DNA of 45,404 bases from an uncultured Cellulosimicrobium sp. (GTDB taxonomy: Bacteria > Actinomycetota > Actinomycetes > Actinomycetales > Cellulomonadaceae). Where the stretch lies: positions 1 through 45,404 of the forward strand of contig CAZFUQ010000002.1 in NCBI GenBank assembly GCA_964521905.1, in the 5' to 3' direction. A program made the position numbers and the translations under genes. Positions 37,105 to 45,404 of this stretch are shown in pieces. Within the stretch, counting starts at the first letter, position 1, and each line of letters starts with the position of its first letter. The notes below the pieces were generated by a model. The model ran no database searches. It worked only from the letters and a program-made list of their open reading frames with translations, and was not told the origin of the DNA.

Positions 37105-38384
37105 TTGCGGACCGGCTCGAGGACCTCGAGGCCGCCGAGGTACGGGCGCAGGCCCTCGGGCACGCGGACCGAGCCGTCGGCCTGCTGGTGGTTCTCGAGG
37201 ATCGCGACGATCCAGCGCGTCGTGCCGAGCGTCCCGTTGAGCGTCGCGACGGTCCGCGTCTCGCTCTTGCCGTCGACCTCGACGCGCTCGCGCACGTTGA
37301 GACGACGGGCCTGGAACGTCGTGCAGTTCGACGTCGACGTGAGCTCGAGGTAGCGCTGCTGCGTGGGCAGCCACGCCTCGCAGTCGAACTTGCGCGCGGC
37401 GCTCGACCCGAGGTCGCCCGCGGCGGTGTCGATGACGCGGTACGGGAGGTCGACGAGGCGCAGCATCTGCTCCTCCCAGCCGAGCAGGCGCTGGTGCTCC
37501 GCCTCGGCGTCGGCCGGGTCGCAGTAGGAGAACATCTCGACCTTGTGGAACTGGTGCACACGGATGATGCCGCGCACGTCCTTGCCGTGCGACCCGGCCT
37601 CGCGGCGGTAGCACGCGCTCCACCCGGCGTAGCGCAGCGGCCCGTCGGACAGGTCGACGATCTCGTTCGAGTGGTAGCCCGCGAGCGCGACCTCGCTCGT
37701 GCCGACGAGGTAGAGGTCGTCGCGCTCGAGCCGGTAGATCTCGTCCGCGTGGGCGCCGAGGAACCCGGTGCCCTGCATGATCTCCGGCCGCACGAGCGTC
37801 GGCGTGATGACGGGCGTGAACCCCGCCGCGGTCGCGGTGTCCATGGCGGCGTTGAGCAGCGCGAGCTCGAGGCGCGCGCCGACGCCGGTGAGGTAGTAGA
37901 ACCGCGCGCCCGACACCTTCGCGCCGCGCTCGGTGTCGATCGCGCGCAGGCCCTCGCCCAGGTCGAGGTGGTCGCGCGGCGTGAAGCCCTCCGCGGCGAA
38001 GTCGCGGATCGTGCCCTCCTCGCGCAGCACGACGTAGTCGTCCTCGCCGCCCGCGGGCGCGCCCGCGACGACGTTCGAGATGCGGTAGAGCAGCCCGCGC
38101 AGCTCCTCGGCGGCGGCGTCCGCGTCGGCCTGGCGCTCCTTGACGTCGGTCGAGAGCTGCTTGGTGCGCGCCAGCAGCTCCTGCTTCTCCTCCCCCTGCG
38201 CCCGGGCGACCAGCTTGCCGAGGGACTTCTGCTCGGCACGCAGGCTCTCGAACTCGCTCAGCGCGGACCGGTGCCGCGCGTCGGCGTCGAGGGCGGCGTC
38301 GACGAGCTCGGGGTCGTCACCACGGGTGACCTGGCTGGCACGGATGATGTCGGGGTTGTCGCGCAGGAGGCGAAGGTCGATCAC
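37101..38384 (-). CDS. serS: Serine--tRNA ligase
   Basis: N-terminal coiled arm, [44 protein letters not shown] and TLNGT. Confidence 0.98.
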   Translation of the reverse strand: MIDLRLLRDNPDIIRASQVTRGDDPELVDAALDADARHRSALSEFESLRAEQKSLGKLVARAQGEEKQELLARTKQLSTDVKERQADADAAAEELRGLLYRISNVVAGAPAGGEDDYVVLREEGTIRDFAAEGFTPRDHLDLGEGLRAIDTERGAKVSGARFYYLTGVGARLELALLNAAMDTATAAGFTPVITPTLVRPEIMQGTGFLGAHADEIYRLERDDLYLVGTSEVALAGYHSNEIVDLSDGPLRYAGWSACYRREAGSHGKDVRGIIRVHQFHKVEMFSYCDPADAEAEHQRLLGWEEQMLRLVDLPYRVIDTAAGDLGSSAARKFDCEAWLPTQQRYLELTSTSNCTTFQARRLNVRERVEVDGKSETRTVATLNGTLGTTRWIVAILENHQQADGSVRVPEGLRPYLGGLEVLEPVRK

Positions 38385-38470
38385 GCCTGCAGCCTAACGA
38401 ACGCGACGGGCCCCGGAGCCCGGTGCCGACCCGTGAACCTCCCGCGACCGGGCCCACTAGCGTAGGGGCC

Positions 38471-39592
38471 ATGTCCTGGACACTCTGGCTCGCGATCGCG
38501 GCCCTCGCCGTCGCCGTCGTGGCGCTCGTCGTCGCGCTCGGGCTGCGCGCGCAGCAGTCGCACATGCGTCGCGCGCAGGGCGAGCCCTCGCCCGTCGAGG
38601 AGGCGCCGGCCGAGGACGACCCGCGCGAGCTCGTCGCGTTCGTCGCCAACCCCTCCAAGCCCGACGTCGCGGGCCTCGAGGCGGTCGTGCGCGCCACGTT
38701 CCGGGAGGCCGACCTCCCGGACCCGCTGTGGTTCGAGACGACGATCGAGGACCCGGGCGTGGGGCAGACGCGCGCGGCGCTCGCCCGCGGCGCGGACGTC
38801 GTCGTCGCGGTGGGCGGGGACGGGACGGTCCGCGCGGTCGCGGAGGGGATGGTCGGCAGCGGGCGCACCATGGGCCTCGTGCCGCTCGGCACGGGCAACC
38901 TCCTCGCGCGCAACCTCGACCTCCCCCTGGGCGACACGCGTGCAGCGCTCGCCGTCGTCGTCGCGGGCAGCGACCGGCCCGTGGACGTGGGGTGGGTGAA
39001 GATCCTGCGGTACGCCGACGACCCGGCGCGCGACGGCGACACCGTGCGCGACGGCGACACCGCGAAGGAGCACATCTTCCTCGTCATCGCCGGCCTCGGC
39101 TTCGACGCCGCGATGGTCGCGGACGCCGACGACGAGCTCAAGGCGAAGGTCGGCTGGGTCGCCTACTTCGTCGCCGGCATCCGGCACCTGCACGGGCGGC
39201 GCATGCGCGCCCGCATCCAGCTCGACGACACCGCGCCCGTGGACGCGCGCCTGCGCACGCTCATGATCGGCAACTGCGGCAAGCTCCCGGGTGGTCTCAC
39301 GCTCCTGCCCGACGCCGTCATCGACGACGGGGTGCTCGACGTCGCCGCGGTCGACACGCGCGGCGGCGTCGTCGGCTGGGCGCAGCTCTTCGGCGAGGTC
39401 GTCATGCAGGGCATCGGCGTCCGCAACGACCTGCCCGCCAAGATCGGCCGCATCGACCACGCGCGGGCGCGGCGCGTGCGCGTCCGGGTCGAGGGCGGCG
39501 AGCAGGCGCAGGTCGACGGCGACGTGCTCGGGCTCGCGGTCGAGCTCGAGTCGCGCGTCGACCCCGGCGCCCTCGTGGTCCGCACCGCCTGA
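38471..39592 (+). CDS. Diacylglycerol/lipid kinase family protein with an N-terminal membrane anchor
   Basis: ANPSK, VGGDGTVRAV, PLGTGNLLARNL, GLGFDA and QVDGD. The ATG at 38471 lies 7 nt after TAGCGT. Confidence 0.92.
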   Translation: MSWTLWLAIAALAVAVVALVVALGLRAQQSHMRRAQGEPSPVEEAPAEDDPRELVAFVANPSKPDVAGLEAVVRATFREADLPDPLWFETTIEDPGVGQTRAALARGADVVVAVGGDGTVRAVAEGMVGSGRTMGLVPLGTGNLLARNLDLPLGDTRAALAVVVAGSDRPVDVGWVKILRYADDPARDGDTVRDGDTAKEHIFLVIAGLGFDAAMVADADDELKAKVGWVAYFVAGIRHLHGRRMRARIQLDDTAPVDARLRTLMIGNCGKLPGGLTLLPDAVIDDGVLDVAAVDTRGGVVGWAQLFGEVVMQGIGVRNDLPAKIGRIDHARARRVRVRVEGGEQAQVDGDVLGLAVELESRVDPGALVVRTA

Positions 39593-39761
39593 GCCGACCG
39601 CGCCCGGGGCACGGCCGCCCCGAGCACGCCCGCGCGCCCGAGGGCGGTCGTGAGCACCGCGCGTCAGGGGCGTGGAGGCGGCGTGAGCGTCCCGCGCGGA
39701 CCTGCGACGACGCCCCCGCCGCGTCCGGGAGCGGCCCGAGACGCCCCCGTAGGCTGGTCCG

Positions 39762-42700
39762 GTGACGTTCCCGGCCGCCGAGCACTCCCCTGCCCGCACC
39801 CTCCCCGCGCGTCGGGGGTGGGCCGCCGGCAGGCGTGCGACGGCGCTCGCCACGGCCCTCGCGGTCGCGCTGCTCACGGGGCTGGGCGCCCTCGCCGCGG
39901 CCCCCGCCTCGGCGACGACGACGTCCGCGACCCTCGCCGCGCCGTCGGGCACGACGGCGTCCGGCACGACCGCGTCCGGCACGACGGCGTCCGTGCAGGA
40001 CCCGCAGCCCGTGGTGCTGGTCGCCGTGGCGGGGCTGTACTGGAGCGACGTCTCCCCCACCGCGACGCCCACGCTCTGGTCGATGATCCGGACCGGCTCG
40101 GTCGCGTCGCTGAGCGTCGGGCGCACGACGTGCACGACCGACGCGTGGCTCACGCTCTCCGCCGGGCAGATGATCTCGACCGCGGACCCCGCGGACGAGG
40201 AGACCACCGACGAGGCTCCTGCCGACACGGAGACGACCGCGCCCGGGTGCCCGCCCCTGCCGGTGCCGAGCACCCAGGCGCCCGGCGCGGTCCAGCCCGA
40301 GGTCGTGCCCGCCGACCTGCCCGGCTGGGCGACGCTCACCGCGCCGTCCGAGGAGGACCTGGCCAGCCCCACCACGCACCACGCGCCCGGGACCCTCGCG
40401 TCCCGGCTCGCCGGGACCGGCGTGTGCACGACCGCCGTCGGGCCCGGGGCCGCGGTCATGCTGGCCAGCGTCGAGGGTCACGTCGACCGGTACGCCCCCG
40501 CGTTCTCCACCCTCCGCGAGGGCGCGCTCGACGAGTGCGACGTGACCGTCGTCGACCAGGGCGAGATCGTCGACTCGGCGACCGGTCGCGGGCAGAGCCT
40601 CGAGGAGCTCGACGAGACGCTCACGCGCGTCATGGACGAGGTGGGCCGGGGGACGCGCGTGCTCGTCGCCGGCGTGCCGGCGGGGCCGGTCGGCGAGCCG
40701 GGGCTGCCGGTCGTCGTCGACTGGCGCAAGGGCGAGCCGACGAACCGGTGGCTGCACTCCCCCAGCACGCAGCAGGACGGCATCGTGCAGCTCGTGGACC
40801 TCACCGCGACCGTCGTCGCGTCGGCAGGAGGCAGCACCGACGGGTTCGACGGCAACCCGCTGACCCTCGGCGAGGTGCGGCGCATGGACGTGGCCCGCAC
40901 GGTCGAGAACCGGCAGTACCTCAACGTCCTCACGAGCACGATCCCCACGCTCTACCCCGTGCTCGTCGGGCTGCTCGTCGCGACGCTCGTCCTCGCGCTC
41001 GGCGGCGCGCTGTGGGTCCGGCGCTCGGCCGCGCGCCGCGGGCTGCCGCCGCGGCCCGGCCCGACCGGCACGCGCGTCCTGACCGCGGTGCTCCTCGTCG
41101 CCGCCGCGGCGCCCGTCGCGGCCTCGCTCGCGAGCCTGTCGCGGTGGTGGGTGTGGAGCGCGCCCGCACCCGCGCTCACGCTCGCGCTGGCCGTGAGCGC
41201 GGTCGCCGTCGCGCTCGTCTCGTGGTTGCTCTCGCGTCTCCTGCCGCACCGTCCCTGGGCGCTGCCCACCGCGATCGCGGGAGTCACGTGGCTCGTCCTC
41301 ACGGTCGACGGCGCGACCGGCACGACGCTGCAGCAGGCCTCGCTGCTCGGGACGTCGGCCGTGGTCGGGTTCACGCGGTTCTACGGCTTCAACAACGTCA
41401 CCTTCGCCGTGTACGCGGTCGCGGGTCTCGTGCTCGCGGGGGGCCTCGCGGCCGCCGCCCTCACCCGCGGCCGGCGTCGGCTCGGCGCCTGGCTCGTCGT
41501 CGCGGTCGGCGTCGTCACGGTCGTCGTCGACGGCTGGCCCGCGTTCGGCGCCGACTTCGGCGGGATCCTCGCGCTGGTCCCCGCGTTCGCCGTCCTCGCG
41601 CTGCTCGTCGGGAAGGTGCGGATCACGTGGCTGCGCGCGCTCGTCGTCGCGGGTGCCACGGTCGCCGTCGTCGTCGTCGTCGCCGTCGTCGACTGGCTGC
41701 TGCCCGGCGGGACCTCGCACCTCGGCGGGTTCGTGCAGACCGTCCTCGACGGCGCCGGCCTCGAGGTGATCGGCCGCAAGGCCCTCGGCGCGTGGAAGAC
41801 GGTCGCCCAGCCGGCGGGCGCGCTCGCGGCCGTGCTCGTCGTGCTCGTCGCCGTCGCGGCGCTGCGCCCCGAGCGCGCCCGCCTGCCCGAGGTCGCCCGC
41901 TCGTACGAGCGCTGGCCGCTCCTGCGCGAGCTCGTCGTCTCCCTCGTCGTGGTCGCGGGCGTCGGTTCCGTGCTCAACGACTCGGGAGTCATCATCGGCG
42001 TCATGGTCGTGGTCGTCGCGACGGCCATGATCGTCCCGGGCCTCCTCGCCGCCCCGTCCGTCCGCCACGCCCCCGGCACCGTCGGCGAGCAGGGCGTGCG
42101 CCGCATGCCGACGATGCTCCTCACGGTCGGCGGCGGGCTGCTGCTCGTCGTGCTCCTCGCGTCCGCGGTGCTCGGGTCGAGCGGGTTCGGGTCCGCGTCC
42201 GCGGCCTCCCGCGCGGGCGGCGAGGTCTCCGTCACGCGCGCCGACGCGCTCGCGACCGACCGGCCGGTCGTCGTCGTCGGCACGACGGGGGTCACGTGGT
42301 CCGACGTCACCCCGACCACGACCCCCGTGCTGAACGCCCTGCTCACGGACGGCGCGGGCGCCGCCGGGGTCTCCCAACCGACAGGGGCGGCGAGCCGCTG
42401 CACCGTCGGCGGGTGGCTCGCGCTGTCCGCCGGCCAGCTCGCCGAGGTCGCGACCGAGCGCGCGGAGGACGGGTCGTGGGCGTGCCCGACGGCGGAGCCC
42501 GTCGCCGCGTCCGACGGCGCCCGGGTCGACGGCTGGGACGAGCTCGTCGCGCTCCAGGGCGGTTCCTCCTACCAGGCGCGGCTGGGCGTCCTGGGCGACG
42601 CGCTGGCCGACCTGGCCGCGGCCGCGGGGGACGCCGACCCGGTGTGCGCGACCGCTGCCGGGCCGGGCGCGGCGATCGCGCTCGCCGGCGCGGACGGGCA

Positions 42701-44453
42701 GGTCGCGCGCTACCGCGACGTGTCCGTGGCCACCGACCCGGCCGGCGACGCCTACGCGTGCCGGGTCACCGTCGTGGACGCGGGCGACGCCACCGCCCCG
42801 GCCGTCGACCCCGAGCTCCCCGCCGCCGAGCGCACCGCGCTGCGCGACTCCGTCCGGTCCGAACGGCTCGCCGCCGTCGACGCGACGGTGGGCGCCGTCC
42901 TGGAGGCCGCGCCGACGGGGACGACCGTGCTCGTCGTCGACGTCGCCGGGACCCCGGGGTCGCGCCCCTCGCTCGGGGCGACGCTCGTGCGGCCGTCGTT
43001 CGACGGACCCGACCAGGCGCGCTACCTGACGAGCGCGGCCACGCGGACCGACGGCGTCGCGCGCGTCCTCGACGTCCCCGCGACGATCCTCGACGCGGCC
43101 GGGACGTCCGGCGCGTCCGGCTCCGCCGGCACCGCGATGCCCGCCCGCATCCAGGACACGCCGCTCGCCTGGGGGACGCCGCGGCCGCCGGACGCGACGT
43201 CGACCGCCGACGCGCTCGCAGACCTCACGACGCGCGACCACGTGCGTCGCACGGTCTACACCTACTTCGTCGACGTGCCGTTCTACGCGGGGCTCGCGAT
43301 CGCGGGGCTGTGCCTCCTGCTCGCCCCGCGCGCGGCACGCGCGACCGGCGACCGCGCCAGGGCGCGCTGGACCCGGGCCACCCGCTGGGCGCGCGGCGGC
43401 GCGCTGGTCGTGGCCGCGGTCCCCACCGCCGCGTTCCTCGTGTCGCTCACGGGCTGGTGGCGGTTCGGGAACCAGATGCTCGCGATCGTCGTGTCGACGG
43501 TCCTCGCGACGGCCGCCGTCGCGGCGCTCGGCGCGCTCGCCCCGCGGCGGCCGGTCTGGCTCGGACCCGGGATCGTCGCGGGCATCACGTTCGCCGTCCT
43601 GACCCTCGACGCCCTCGTCGGGACGCCGCTCAACCGCGCGAGCCCGCTCGGTTCCGCCCCGACGTTCGGTGCCCGGTTCTACGGCTTCGGCAACCCGACC
43701 TTCTCCGTCTACGCGGTGGCGGCCCTCGTGCTCGCGGCGGCGCTCGCGCAGTGGCTCGTCGTGCGTGGCCGCCGCGCCGTCGCCGCGACGGTCGTCGGCG
43801 TGATCGGCGTCGTGACGATGATCGTCGACGTGTGGCCGACCCTCGGGGCCGACCTCGGCGGCGGGCTCGTCCTCGTCCCGGCCTTCGCGGTCCTCGGGCT
43901 CGCGGCGTCCGGCGCCCGGGTCACGTGGAAGCGCTTCGTCCTCGTCGCCGCCGCGGGTGTCGGGCTCGTCGCCGCCGTGGGTGTCCTCGACTGGCTGCGC
44001 CCCGCCGACGAGCGCTCCCACCTCGGCCGGTTCGTCGGGCAGGTCGTCGACGGCTCGGCGTGGGAGACGCTGCTGCGCAAGGCCGCGTACGCGCTGCGCT
44101 CGGTCCTGGGCGGCGTCCCCGTGTGGCTGACGATCGTCGTCCTCGTCGCCGTCGCGCTCGTCGTGTTCTGGCCCCGCCGGTTCACGCCGCGCTGGTTCGC
44201 ACGCACCGAGGAGGCCTGGCCGCTCGTGCGGCCCACGCTGCTCGCGCTGTGGATCGTGAGCGTCGCCGGGTCCCTGGTCAACGACTTCGGCGTGCGCATC
44301 GCGATGATCGCCCTCATCCCCGCGGTCCCGCTGCTCACCGTCGCCGCGCTGCACGCCGCGGGGGACGCCGGGGACGCGGCGGGGTCGCCGGATCCCGGGC
44401 AGGACGAGACGGCGTCGACCACGACCGCGGAGGAGCCGGCCGCCCGGGCGTGA
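39762..44453 (+). CDS. Large internally duplicated membrane protein: two copies of an extracytoplasmic domain plus a multi-TM domain
   Basis: Both halves share PVV.V...G..WSDV.PT.TP.L, C....WL.LSAGQ, VC.TA.GPGAA..LA, RFYGF.N..F.VYAV, WP..GAD.GG, SHLG.FV..V.DG and GS..ND.G. Confidence 0.85.
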   Translation: MTFPAAEHSPARTLPARRGWAAGRRATALATALAVALLTGLGALAAAPASATTTSATLAAPSGTTASGTTASGTTASVQDPQPVVLVAVAGLYWSDVSPTATPTLWSMIRTGSVASLSVGRTTCTTDAWLTLSAGQMISTADPADEETTDEAPADTETTAPGCPPLPVPSTQAPGAVQPEVVPADLPGWATLTAPSEEDLASPTTHHAPGTLASRLAGTGVCTTAVGPGAAVMLASVEGHVDRYAPAFSTLREGALDECDVTVVDQGEIVDSATGRGQSLEELDETLTRVMDEVGRGTRVLVAGVPAGPVGEPGLPVVVDWRKGEPTNRWLHSPSTQQDGIVQLVDLTATVVASAGGSTDGFDGNPLTLGEVRRMDVARTVENRQYLNVLTSTIPTLYPVLVGLLVATLVLALGGALWVRRSAARRGLPPRPGPTGTRVLTAVLLVAAAAPVAASLASLSRWWVWSAPAPALTLALAVSAVAVALVSWLLSRLLPHRPWALPTAIAGVTWLVLTVDGATGTTLQQASLLGTSAVVGFTRFYGFNNVTFAVYAVAGLVLAGGLAAAALTRGRRRLGAWLVVAVGVVTVVVDGWPAFGADFGGILALVPAFAVLALLVGKVRITWLRALVVAGATVAVVVVVAVVDWLLPGGTSHLGGFVQTVLDGAGLEVIGRKALGAWKTVAQPAGALAAVLVVLVAVAALRPERARLPEVARSYERWPLLRELVVSLVVVAGVGSVLNDSGVIIGVMVVVVATAMIVPGLLAAPSVRHAPGTVGEQGVRRMPTMLLTVGGGLLLVVLLASAVLGSSGFGSASAASRAGGEVSVTRADALATDRPVVVVGTTGVTWSDVTPTTTPVLNALLTDGAGAAGVSQPTGAASRCTVGGWLALSAGQLAEVATERAEDGSWACPTAEPVAASDGARVDGWDELVALQGGSSYQARLGVLGDALADLAAAAGDADPVCATAAGPGAAIALAGADGQVARYRDVSVATDPAGDAYACRVTVVDAGDATAPAVDPELPAAERTALRDSVRSERLAAVDATVGAVLEAAPTGTTVLVVDVAGTPGSRPSLGATLVRPSFDGPDQARYLTSAATRTDGVARVLDVPATILDAAGTSGASGSAGTAMPARIQDTPLAWGTPRPPDATSTADALADLTTRDHVRRTVYTYFVDVPFYAGLAIAGLCLLLAPRAARATGDRARARWTRATRWARGGALVVAAVPTAAFLVSLTGWWRFGNQMLAIVVSTVLATAAVAALGALAPRRPVWLGPGIVAGITFAVLTLDALVGTPLNRASPLGSAPTFGARFYGFGNPTFSVYAVAALVLAAALAQWLVVRGRRAVAATVVGVIGVVTMIVDVWPTLGADLGGGLVLVPAFAVLGLAASGARVTWKRFVLVAAAGVGLVAAVGVLDWLRPADERSHLGRFVGQVVDGSAWETLLRKAAYALRSVLGGVPVWLTIVVLVAVALVVFWPRRFTPRWFARTEEAWPLVRPTLLALWIVSVAGSLVNDFGVRIAMIALIPAVPLLTVAALHAAGDAGDAAGSPDPGQDETASTTTAEEPAARA

Positions 44454-44470
44454 CCCGGGCGGCGTCGGCG

Positions 44471-44522
44471 GGTGCGGTCGGAGCGGGCGGTGCGGTCGGG
44501 GCGGGCGGTGCGGTCGGGGCGG
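44471..44522. repeat. 18-bp tandem repeat, about 3 copies, between convergent genes
   Basis: GGTGCGGTCGG(A/G)GCGGGC at 44471 and 44489, with a slightly truncated third copy at 44507. Confidence 0.7.
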
Positions 44523-44550
44523 CGCCGACGGGCGCTGCCGGACCGACCGC

Positions 44551-45309
44551 CTACCGGGAGGTGGTGCGGACGCGGTCGACCGCGGAGCGGACCTTGCGGG
44601 CGTTCACGGCCAGGAGGACGTCGCGGTACTGCGCCGCGCGGTGGAGCTGGCCCTTGAGGTCGGAGCCCGACGCGCGGTGGCGCAGGTCGCACGGGACCTC
44701 GACGGCGACGTAGCCCTTGCGGAGCAGGTCGATCGTCATGCCGGTCTCCACGCCCCAGCCGCGCGCGAGCGGGGTCGCCGCCTCGAAGGCCTCGCGCGTG
44801 AGGCAGCGCATGCCGGACAACGGCTGGGTCGGCGTCCAGCCCGTGAGCGACTGGATCGCGCGACGGGCAGCGCCGACAACGATCCCCCGGCCCCCGGCGC
44901 CGGGCTGCGGCGGCAGGAGCGCGATGGCGAGATCGGCCTGGCCGTCGAGCACGGGCAGGACGAGCGGCGCGGTGTTGACGGCGGTCTCACCGAGGTCACC
45001 GTCGACGAAGAGCAGGAGGCGCGGCGGGCGGTCGGGGGCGTCGCGCATCGCGACGACGGCGGCCCCCGTCTCCATCGCGGCCGCCTTGCCGCGGTTGTGG
45101 GAGTGCCGCACGACGACGGCCCCGGCCTCGCGCGCGACGTGCTGGGTGTCGTCCTCGCTCCCGTCGTCGACGACGAGCACGAGGTCGACGTGCGGGATGG
45201 CCTTGGCCGCGCGGACCGTCGCGGCGATGCGCCGCGCCTCGTCCTTCGCCGGGACGATCACCGCGACCCGCTGGCGCACGGCCCGGCCGGTCCGGCCGTC
45301 ACCGGCCAC
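44551..45309 (-). CDS. Glycosyltransferase family 2 (GT-A fold)
   Basis: VIVPAKDE, VVDDGSEDDT, NRGKAAA, LFVDGD, QPLSG and GWGVE. The frame stays open to the window end, so the true start may lie outside. Confidence 0.9.
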   Translation of the reverse strand: MAGDGRTGRAVRQRVAVIVPAKDEARRIAATVRAAKAIPHVDLVLVVDDGSEDDTQHVAREAGAVVVRHSHNRGKAAAMETGAAVVAMRDAPDRPPRLLLFVDGDLGETAVNTAPLVLPVLDGQADLAIALLPPQPGAGGRGIVVGAARRAIQSLTGWTPTQPLSGMRCLTREAFEAATPLARGWGVETGMTIDLLRKGYVAVEVPCDLRHRASGSDLKGQLHRAAQYRDVLLAVNARKVRSAVDRVRTTSR

Positions 45310-45404
45310 CGGTCGTGGTGTCCGGGCGCGCGTCCCGGATGCCGAGAGGGACGTCGGCGGCGGGGTGCTCGCCGCGCCCGCCGGGGCACTCCCCGTGTTG
45401 TTCC

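Noticed and set aside
38385..38470. T-box or other leader RNA for serS
   Set aside because: The intergenic gap is only 86 bp and holds two divergent leaderless-type promoters, leaving no room for a T-box.
39028..39062. 18-bp in-frame duplication (RDGDT twice) in the DAG kinase gene; also GTTAS three times near 39948-39992
   Set aside because: These are in-frame slippage events in variable loops or linkers with no evident functional consequence.
39402..44713. Very long alternative ORFs (39402-44354 minus, 39650-44713 plus)
   Set aside because: These are Arg/Gly/Pro-rich shadow frames of the real 39762-44453 gene, expected at this GC content, and have no motifs.

Overview
Very GC-rich actinobacterial chromosome segment. 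The gene set and a C-terminal module suggest a Cellulosimicrobium/Cellulomonas-like Micrococcales host (inference). Most of the window is core or housekeeping sequence. In order it carries: the 3' end of a discoidin-domain protein; a YdbS/YdbT-like PH-domain pair; a five-gene MacAB/YknXYZ-like ABC export operon with two adaptors and a DUF5666-like lipoprotein; an orphan NrdG-like radical SAM gene; GyrI-like, alpha/beta-hydrolase and TetR genes; tRNA-Arg(ACG); a second ABC pair; tRNA-Ser(GCT), a ThrE exporter and tRNA-Ser(TGA); a complete four-gene conservon (cvnABCD-like); a quinone oxidoreductase; bpa; EamA; a LacI-controlled sugar ABC operon; map; a CBM5/12-GH5 enzyme; a HAD hydrolase; serS; a DAG-kinase-family gene; a 1563-aa internally duplicated membrane protein; and a GT2. 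The clearest accessory element is a ~1.6 kb lower-GC relic island in the 3' end of tRNA-Arg. It has 46-bp att repeats, candidate arm sites, an integrase C-terminal stub with Cys at the expected catalytic Tyr, a lipoprotein, and a BrnT-like/RHH toxin-antitoxin pair whose toxin is cut by an amber codon in frame with the antitoxin. All calls are by eye from motifs; no database searches were run.
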